Positions 57,280 through 64,000 of a stretch of 64,000 bases of DNA are shown in pieces. The notes beneath the pieces are model-generated. The model had not been told where the DNA came from. It saw nothing but the letters and a program-made list of their open reading frames with translations, and did not search any database. The stretch is from an uncultured Gammaproteobacteria bacterium (GTDB taxonomy: Bacteria > Patescibacteriota > Microgenomatia > PFEM01 > JAPLYW01): the NCBI GenBank assembly GCA_965230945.1, contig OZ246397.1, positions 175,701 through 239,700 on the forward strand, in the 5' to 3' direction. How positions within the stretch are numbered: the stretch's first letter is position 1; every line of letters starts with the position of its first letter. A program made the translations under genes and the position numbers.

Positions 57280-57744
57280 ATGATAAAAATAGTATTTGGG
57301 TCTTTAGTAGGAATTTTTCTTTTGATCTTGAGTCAATTTTTCATTCCTGTTGTCAGGAATTTATTCAAGGGCTCATTTCTTTTTTTGCTCCCCCTTGCCA
57401 TCTTCTTTTCATTGGGAGGAATCTTGATATTTTTAACGGCCAAGAAAAAAATAGAAAGCAGGCTGAAAAAGTTTTTGATGTTAACAGGAACTTCTGCAGT
57501 GGGTTTTTTTGTCAGTATTTTATTACACAATTTCCTTTATGGTTTAGCTGAAATAACCAAGTATAGCTTTAGATTACATAGTTTAATGGAAACACTTCAT
57601 GTGACATTTTTTCTTATTGCAATCTTTATTTGTCCAATAGGATTTTTAGTAGGAATATTAGGAAGTGTAGTATTTTTTTGTAAAAAAATTTCCACTGAAA
57701 ATATAAAAACCGACCGCGAAAAAAATAAGCGGGGAAAAATCTAA
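57280..57744 (+). CDS. Hypothetical 4-TM membrane protein
   Basis: Four hydrophobic segments, ILLHN motif; starts 16 nt after the J12 core. Confidence 0.7.
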   Translation: MIKIVFGSLVGIFLLILSQFFIPVVRNLFKGSFLFLLPLAIFFSLGGILIFLTAKKKIESRLKKFLMLTGTSAVGFFVSILLHNFLYGLAEITKYSFRLHSLMETLHVTFFLIAIFICPIGFLVGILGSVVFFCKKISTENIKTDREKNKRGKI

Positions 57745-57752
57745 GGCTAGAA

Positions 57753-58148
57753 TTAAAATCTTCTTTTCATTGGAGGACGGCAATACCGGTCGCGTACTTT
57801 TACCAAAATACTGGAACCATTTTCATCCGGTTTTGTCAACCATTCATAAACCTCAGGAGTTTCTTTTTTTAATTTATTTAACTTTCGAACAATAGCAGAC
57901 ATACGTTTTCCCCCCTTAGTATGCCCGGCTAGGAATTGAGCCCATTCTTTTTCAATAGAAAATAAAGCCCTTCTATTTGGATCTAGATTATTGTTTTGAA
58001 GCAGATCTTTAAGTTCCTTAACTCTTTCTTCCGCATCTTCTTTTTCGATAATATACTGATTAAGATACTCAACACTTGCGCGTTCTTTAGCTTTCTCGCG
58101 ACGACGATGGATTCTCTCACCATGACTTAATCTCTCTTTACTAACCAT
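57753..58148 (-). CDS. Hypothetical basic protein
   Basis: 131-aa ORF with TGTTATAAT upstream. Confidence 0.55.
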   Translation of the reverse strand: MVSKERLSHGERIHRRREKAKERASVEYLNQYIIEKEDAEERVKELKDLLQNNNLDPNRRALFSIEKEWAQFLAGHTKGGKRMSAIVRKLNKLKKETPEVYEWLTKPDENGSSILVKVRDRYCRPPMKRRF

Positions 58149-58216
58149 AAAGCAAACCTTATTATAACACTTTGATCAACTATTAAGGCGAGGGCAGTCT
58201 CGTAAAGAATTTAAAA

Positions 58217-59518
58217 TTATTTTTGAAGAGTCTTTTTTAACCTTTTGATAACTTTTTCTTTCCCTAAAACCTCCATTGTTTCAAAAAGAGGCGGGGTAGC
58301 AAACTTCCCGGTAATGGCAATTCTTGTGGCCATAAAGAACTTTCCTAAATGATATTTCTTATCTTCAACTATTTTTCTAAACAAATCTTCTAAAATCTTT
58401 GCCTTCCAGCTTTTAACTTTTTCTAATTCTTTTAAAACAATGCTAAATTGTTCTTTTATTAATTTAATATCCCTACCACCTTTTTTAAGTAAAAGCTTTT
58501 TATCCACTTCTGGCTCTTTGATGAAGAAATCAACTAACTGAGAATAATCTGAGAATTTTACTAATCTTTCTTTAACTAAAGGGACAGTTTGTTTAATTAA
58601 ACTGTCTTTCATCCCCTTGGGAACAAAAGACTTTAATAATTTAAACAGCTCTTTGTTTGTTTTTCCCCTGATATAAAAACCGTTTAGCCAGTCTAATTTT
58701 TTAAAGTCAAAAATAGGTGCCGAAGTGGAAACTCTTTTAAAAGAAAAGTTTTTGATAAACTCATCTAAAGAAAAAACTTCCTTTCCTTTAGGATGTGACC
58801 AACCTAATAAACATAGAAAATTAATTAAAGCCTCTGATAAGTAACCCTGTTCCTTATACCAAGAAACAGCCACCGGGTTTCTTCTCTTAGAAATTTTTGA
58901 ATGATCTGGATTTCTTAATAAAGGTAAATGGGCAAAGTCAGGAACATCTGCCTTTAAGGCTTTGTAAAGCATTATTTGTCTGGGAGTATTGGAAATATGT
59001 TCTTCGGCCCTAATAACCGGATCAATCTTCATCAAATAATCATCAACAACCACGGCAAAATTATAAGAAGGAAAACCATTCGATCTTAAAATAACAAAAT
59101 CTTTAATCTCAGTATTGTCAAACTCTATCTTTCCTCTTACCAAATCATTCCAGCCAGTCTTATTTTTTTTAGGAACCCTAAACCACAAAGCTCCTTCACT
59201 CCCATAGGCTAAATTTTCATCAACCAATTTTTTAGCATACTTTTTATAAAGATCAGTTCTTTCTGACTGATGGTAGGGTCCATAATTACCACCGATATCT
59301 GGACCTTCATCATACTTTAAGCCTAACCAATTTAAAGCATTGGTAATTATTTCTTCTGCTCCTCTTACAAAACGTTTAATATCGGTGTTTTCAATTCTTA
59401 GAACAAACTTTCCTTTGTTTTTCCTAGCGTAGGCAAAATTAAATAAAGCTGTATAAGCAGTACCAATATGAGCTAAACCTGTAGGAGATGGAGCGATGCG
59501 CACACGAACTTGCTTCAT
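58217..59518 (-). CDS. gltX: Glutamyl-tRNA synthetase
   Basis: RIAPSPTG, HIGT (HIGH), IRAEEH, KISKR (KMSKS). Confidence 0.97.
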   Translation of the reverse strand: MKQVRVRIAPSPTGLAHIGTAYTALFNFAYARKNKGKFVLRIENTDIKRFVRGAEEIITNALNWLGLKYDEGPDIGGNYGPYHQSERTDLYKKYAKKLVDENLAYGSEGALWFRVPKKNKTGWNDLVRGKIEFDNTEIKDFVILRSNGFPSYNFAVVVDDYLMKIDPVIRAEEHISNTPRQIMLYKALKADVPDFAHLPLLRNPDHSKISKRRNPVAVSWYKEQGYLSEALINFLCLLGWSHPKGKEVFSLDEFIKNFSFKRVSTSAPIFDFKKLDWLNGFYIRGKTNKELFKLLKSFVPKGMKDSLIKQTVPLVKERLVKFSDYSQLVDFFIKEPEVDKKLLLKKGGRDIKLIKEQFSIVLKELEKVKSWKAKILEDLFRKIVEDKKYHLGKFFMATRIAITGKFATPPLFETMEVLGKEKVIKRLKKTLQK

Positions 59519-59564
59519 ACCTTGATTTTAACATACCTAACTTTTATACTCAAAGTAGCTGCCC

Positions 59565-60617
59565 ATGACAAATTTAACACAAACAACCTACTGGACAAGG
59601 CGTCTTTTAAAGATCGGCGGTATTCTCTTAGTTGCTATTATTGTTTTAAAAATCGCCTTTAATATCTTTTCTACTGTTTGGCGAAAAATCAATCCGCCAC
59701 CGCCACCACCACCCACAGTTGCTTTTGGTAAATTGCCGAAACTAGAATTTCCCGAGCAAAAAAATCTACCCAAACTTACCTTCAGACTGGAAACTATCCA
59801 AGGCGGCTTGCCTAAATTTCCTCCCGCCGCTAAAGTCTATTTTACTCCCAAATCAGGACCTAATCTTTTGGCTTTAGATCGAGCCACACAAAAAGCTCAA
59901 CAGCTTGGCTTTAAAGGCCAGCCACAACAGATAAGCGAAAAAGTTTATCGTTGGCAAACCGAAACTCACCCTTCAACCAGCTTAGAGATTGATACTAATA
60001 CCGGAAACTTCCATCTTTATTATGATTATCTAAGTGACCAAGAACTAATAAATAGTAAAAACTTGCCTACTAATCAACAAGCCGCTCAAGAAGCCAAAAA
60101 CTTCTTAGCTAATAATGGTCTTTTAGCTGATGAACTAGCCACAGGTAGTGCTGAGTTTCAGTATCTTAAATTCACTCCGCCTGGCCTTATCAGCGCTATT
60201 TCTTTATCAGAAGCTGACTTTGTAAGAGTTAATCTCTTTAAAGCTGATCTGGATGGCTTAAAAATTCTCCCACCTAATCCCAAAGATTCTTTAATCTCTT
60301 TTCTATTCTCAGGCAGTAAAAGTTTAGGCAAAAGAATTATAGAAATTAAGTACACTTACTATCAAATTAGGGCTGATAATTCTGCCACTTATCCTCTAAA
60401 ATTAGCTCAAAAAGCTTGGCAGGAAATGCAGGGAGAAAACGGTCATGTTGCCAACTTGGGAGAAAACCAAAGTGGCAATATTATTATCCGGCAGGTTTAT
60501 TTAACCTATTACGAATCAGGCCAGCCACAGCATTATCTCCAGCCTATCTATGTTTTTGAAGGTGATAACAACTTCATTGGCTATGTACCGGCAGTTGCCT
60601 CTGAGTGGATGGAATGA
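59565..60617 (+). CDS. Hypothetical membrane-anchored protein
   Basis: N-terminal TM, poly-Pro linker, C-terminal YLQPIYVFEG...YVPAV. Confidence 0.75.
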   Translation: MTNLTQTTYWTRRLLKIGGILLVAIIVLKIAFNIFSTVWRKINPPPPPPPTVAFGKLPKLEFPEQKNLPKLTFRLETIQGGLPKFPPAAKVYFTPKSGPNLLALDRATQKAQQLGFKGQPQQISEKVYRWQTETHPSTSLEIDTNTGNFHLYYDYLSDQELINSKNLPTNQQAAQEAKNFLANNGLLADELATGSAEFQYLKFTPPGLISAISLSEADFVRVNLFKADLDGLKILPPNPKDSLISFLFSGSKSLGKRIIEIKYTYYQIRADNSATYPLKLAQKAWQEMQGENGHVANLGENQSGNIIIRQVYLTYYESGQPQHYLQPIYVFEGDNNFIGYVPAVASEWME

Positions 60618-61650
60618 AATTCTCCCATCGATGATTTGAAAAAGCCCAGTCAACCAATTTTTTAGTCTCACCAAAACGATCTTCACTCTTTAAAACCACG
60701 GTGATAACCCCCCGATTATCTCTCTGTGTATAGCCTACCAAACACTCACCGGCTTCTTCTGTCCAACCAGTCTTTAACCCTTTCATTCCCGGAATCTTCC
60801 CTAAAAGCTCATTAAGATTATAAAGATGATGAGTAATCTCTCCACTAACATCAGTAACTTTAATATAGGAAAGAGAAACCATTTCAAGAATCTTTTCATT
60901 TCTTAAAGCTACCGCCGCCAGTCTAGCCAAATCTAGAGCGGTCGTGTAAGAATAAACAGGCAACAAATCCCCCTCCTCATTACTATCCAAACCAGTTGGG
61001 TTGGCAAAAAAAGTGTCCTTCAAATGAAGCTCTTGAGCTTTTTGGTTCATTCTTTTGACAAAAGCTCCTTCTCCTCCAGGATAATTCTGGGCCAAGACTA
61101 AAGCCGCATCATTGGCCGAAGAAACCAAAACCCCCCAAAGTAAATTTTCAACGGTTATCCTTTCATCTTCCAAAAGCTCCATATCCTGCCCCTCATCATC
61201 AGGATTCTTAACCTCCAAAACATCATCAAAACTATAATGTTCTAAAGCTACCATGGCCGTTATAATTTTCACCGTTGAAGCCGGAAGAAGTTCTTCTTTC
61301 TCATTCTTGCCAAAAAGTGAAACAGCCGAATCTCTATCGACAACGACCGCTGATTCGGCCGTCAGAAAAGGGGCAGGAACATTATTAATATTTAAAGGAT
61401 AAAAAGAAGCTAAAGGAATGGGGAAATCAATTTCTTCCACCAAAGAAGAAACAGAAAAAGCCTGGATGGTGGCATACATGTTTTGACTGGGGATAAAGAA
61501 GAAACTCAAACAAAGACAGAATAAAAGAGCTCTTCTAACCTTCAGAGGCGTTATCTTGCTCTTCCTCATCATCAACAATTTTGACAATTTTTTCAAATAA
61601 GCTATCATCTTTTTTACCTCTCCCTTTTTTAACTTTAGATAAAGAGACAT
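60574..61650 (-). CDS. D-alanyl-D-alanine carboxypeptidase (peptidase S11)
   Basis: PASTVK (SxxK), SAN (SxN), NPTGLD, GLKTGWT (KTG); true start probably downstream of 61650. Confidence 0.92.
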   Translation of the reverse strand: MSLYLKLKKGEVKKMIAYLKKLSKLLMMRKSKITPLKVRRALLFCLCLSFFFIPSQNMYATIQAFSVSSLVEEIDFPIPLASFYPLNINNVPAPFLTAESAVVVDRDSAVSLFGKNEKEELLPASTVKIITAMVALEHYSFDDVLEVKNPDDEGQDMELLEDERITVENLLWGVLVSSANDAALVLAQNYPGGEGAFVKRMNQKAQELHLKDTFFANPTGLDSNEEGDLLPVYSYTTALDLARLAAVALRNEKILEMVSLSYIKVTDVSGEITHHLYNLNELLGKIPGMKGLKTGWTEEAGECLVGYTQRDNRGVITVVLKSEDRFGETKKLVDWAFSNHRWENFIPSTQRQLPVHSQ

Positions 61651-62953
61651 CCACCCTTTCTAAGTCCCGCGGGAATAACGAAGCCTCCCGAACATTACTA
61701 AGCCCCAAAATATTTTGCGTAATTCTTTCTAAGCCCATACAAAACCCTCCTTCAGGCGGCATGCCATATTTAAAGGCCTGAAGATAGAAAGAAAATTTTT
61801 CTGGATTATAACCGCGGTCTTTAATACTCTTTAGAAGCTGTTGATAATCATTGATTCTCTGCCCGCCAGTAACCCATTCAACTCCTTTTCCTAAAATATC
61901 AAAGCTTAAGGTATGCTTTGGATCCTTGGGGTCAGGATAGGTATACATCGGTCTTTTGTCAGTCGGGTAATGAGTAATGATGATTAAATCAGAACCTTTT
62001 TCCTCTTTAGCCCAAAGACAAATTTCTCTTTCATCTTCCGGACTCAGATCCGGCTCCTGGCGATCATCTCTCTTGGTCCTTTTGTAAATAATTTCCTGGG
62101 CTTCTTTTAACTTTAAGATTGGTGTTTCTTTAACTGTTTTAGGAACTTCAAATTTCTTCCCTCTTAATTTTTCTATCTCTGGTTTTATCTTTTCTACTTC
62201 CTTAAAAATAAACTTTAAAAGCTCATCAACCAATTGATAAATGTCCTGCCAGCTTTCAATAAAACCCATTTCTGCATCTAAACCAATGTATTCTGTCAGA
62301 TGTCTGGTGGTAATACTTGGTTCGGCCCGATAAGCGTGAGCGATAGTAAAAACCCTTTCAAAAGCACCAATACCAATTTGTTTGTAAAATTGAGGGCTCT
62401 GGGCTAAATAAGCATCATAATCAAAATATTTAACCTTAAAAAGCTCTGCTCCACCTTCAGTAGCCGTGACGGTAATCGTCGGGCAAAAGATCTCGGTAAA
62501 ATCCTTCTCTTTTAAAAAGTTTCTAAAGGATTGAATAATCTTTTCTTGTACTTTAAAGATGGCTTTTTGAGAAGAATGACGTAAGGTCAAAGGGCGATAA
62601 TCAAGTAAGGTCGGCAATTGGACACTTAGCTCCTCACTACCAATATCAAAGGGTAATTCAGCGGCTTTAGAAAGAACAGTCAATTTTTCTATTTGAAGCT
62701 CAATCTTCCCCGTTGGCAAATCTCTATTAACCATTGAAGGGGGTCTTTTCCTAATCTTCCCCACCACCGAAATAACATCCTCATTCCTCAACTCACCTAA
62801 TTTCTTATCACCGACAACCTGAATTATTCCCGAACGATCACGTAGATCAATGAAAACCAGTTTGCCGTGATCACGATAAGCATCAACCCAACCTGAAAGA
62901 CAAACCTCTTTGCCTATTTTTTTAATTGCTTCTTTTATTAAAATTCTCTCCAT
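61535..62953 (-). CDS. aspS: Aspartyl-tRNA synthetase, short archaeal-type (probably non-discriminating)
   Basis: GWV..RDHG, EGGAELF, YLAQSPQFYKQ, RAEPS.TTRHLTE, YGMPPEGG..GLER; start placed at MERIL. Confidence 0.93.
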   Translation of the reverse strand: MERILIKEAIKKIGKEVCLSGWVDAYRDHGKLVFIDLRDRSGIIQVVGDKKLGELRNEDVISVVGKIRKRPPSMVNRDLPTGKIELQIEKLTVLSKAAELPFDIGSEELSVQLPTLLDYRPLTLRHSSQKAIFKVQEKIIQSFRNFLKEKDFTEIFCPTITVTATEGGAELFKVKYFDYDAYLAQSPQFYKQIGIGAFERVFTIAHAYRAEPSITTRHLTEYIGLDAEMGFIESWQDIYQLVDELLKFIFKEVEKIKPEIEKLRGKKFEVPKTVKETPILKLKEAQEIIYKRTKRDDRQEPDLSPEDEREICLWAKEEKGSDLIIITHYPTDKRPMYTYPDPKDPKHTLSFDILGKGVEWVTGGQRINDYQQLLKSIKDRGYNPEKFSFYLQAFKYGMPPEGGFCMGLERITQNILGLSNVREASLFPRDLERVDVSLSKVKKGRGKKDDSLFEKIVKIVDDEEEQDNASEG

Positions 62954-62989
62954 CTTTTTAATTCTAGCTTTTATACCTATTTTTTGCAA

Positions 62990-64000
62990 TCAATCCAACT
63001 TAATATCTTTTAGCCTGAGTTGTAATTTTCTCTGTCCATTCCATTCATTGACAAAAAGATTATAGGCAAGGTCAACGGGTTTATCTGGGCTAAGTTTTGA
63101 ATAGAATTCTCCCATATTAAAACCAACCGCCTCCAAGAGTAAATCGCTTCCATCGGTAACTTTTAATTTAAGATGCTGATTTTCACTACCCATCAATTGA
63201 GCATCAATGACTTTAACTTTAGAACTCGTAAAAACAGGCTCTGGGTTGTTTCTACCAAAAGGATATAATTTTTCTAACATTCTAAAAAGATCAAAATTTA
63301 AGATATCCAAATCCAGTTGAGCATCAATCTTTACTGTTGGCGAGAGATCAGTCTTGGCTAAAGATTCCTCGGCGATTTTTGAAAGTTTGTTCTTCAAAGT
63401 TTCTATTTTCTCTGTTCTAAAGGTAAAGCCAGCCGCTTTAGGATGCCCCCCTGAAGAAGTCAAAAGATAGGCACAAGTTTGAATTGCCTGAATAATATCA
63501 AATTCATCAACTGATCGTGCTGAAGCCCGCGAAAACCTTTCTCCTTTAGAAACAACAATGGCTGGTCTGTAAAATTCTTCCATTAATTTCCCAGCCACCA
63601 AACCAATAATTCCTTGCTGATAGCTTTCATGAGCGATAAAGATCAAATTACCCTTCTTCTCTTCCGCTAGATAAAGCTCCCTGGCGTGTAAGACAGTCTT
63701 TTTTGTTAAAGTCTGTCTTTCTTTATTTCTCTGATCAATTCTTTGAGCCAAACTGATGGCTCTATTCTCACTTAAAGTGCAAAGCAGCCTTAGTGATCCC
63801 ATTGGGTCTTCTACTCTTCCTGAAGCATTAAGTCGAGGACCAATGATAAAACCAATTTCATAAACGCCAATTGTTTTTCTATTTAAATTGGCAAACTCAA
63901 ACAATGATAAAAGACCTAATCTTTTCGTTTCTCTTAAGGCTTCAATTCCATACTTAACCAAGGAACGATTAACTTTTAGTAAAGGAACCATATCTGTAAC
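62990..64000 (-). CDS. recJ: ssDNA exonuclease RecJ, C-terminal part (runs off the window end)
   Basis: TDMVPL, IGPRLNASGR, ASARS, GGHPKAAG (DHHA1), PFGRNNPEP. Confidence 0.95.
   Translation of the reverse strand, partial: VTDMVPLLKVNRSLVKYGIEALRETKRLGLLSLFEFANLNRKTIGVYEIGFIIGPRLNASGRVEDPMGSLRLLCTLSENRAISLAQRIDQRNKERQTLTKKTVLHARELYLAEEKKGNLIFIAHESYQQGIIGLVAGKLMEEFYRPAIVVSKGERFSRASARSVDEFDIIQAIQTCAYLLTSSGGHPKAAGFTFRTEKIETLKNKLSKIAEESLAKTDLSPTVKIDAQLDLDILNFDLFRMLEKLYPFGRNNPEPVFTSSKVKVIDAQLMGSENQHLKLKVTDGSDLLLEAVGFNMGEFYSKLSPDKPVDLAYNLFVNEWNGQRKLQLRLKDIKLD

Larger units (their letters stand above)
42234..58200. mobile_element. tRNA-Gln-adjacent accessory region organised as a repeat-delimited gene-cassette array (no recombinase seen)
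   Basis: Unrelated genes in mixed orientation separated by 14 direct copies of a 19-bp core; flanked by tRNA-Gln and gltX. Confidence 0.65.

Noticed and set aside
42205-58216. Duplicated tRNA-Gln 3' end (attR) closing a classical integrative island
   Set aside because: I found no copy of GGTTCGAATCCCAGTCCCGCAG downstream by eye, and no integrase gene.

Overview
AT-rich, densely packed bacterial window. The gene content and order fit a Patescibacteria (CPR) genome, probably Microgenomates; this is inferred from gene content (half-length TsaB, class I LysRS, archaeal-type AspRS, many GT-C glycosyltransferases, leaderless genes), not from a search. 1-19.9 kb is a surface-glycosylation cluster with GT2/GT4 enzymes, about 7 GT-C membrane transferases, a Wzx flippase, PAP2 and DgkA. 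20-42 kb is housekeeping: trmD, galE, tsaBE, ftsEX with a circularly permuted M23 peptidase, prfB, secA, serS, lysS, greA, tRNA-Glu and lon. 58-64 kb holds gltX, a D,D-carboxypeptidase, aspS and recJ. The most unusual part is 42.2-58.2 kb, directly after tRNA-Gln(CUG). Here about 17 mostly unrelated accessory genes in both orientations are separated by 14 same-strand copies of a 19-bp core (consensus CTAGACCRRCCTGCTCARC). The cores sit in shuffled non-coding modules, some carrying sigma70-like promoters and hairpins. The layout looks like an integron-like gene-cassette array, but the site is not a canonical attC and no recombinase is visible in the window. One cassette carries tasA-sipW-tasA, with each transcription unit bracketed by complementary 5'/3' motifs of 13-15 nt. 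All calls were made by eye from the sequence and the ORF track; no searches or folding programs were run.
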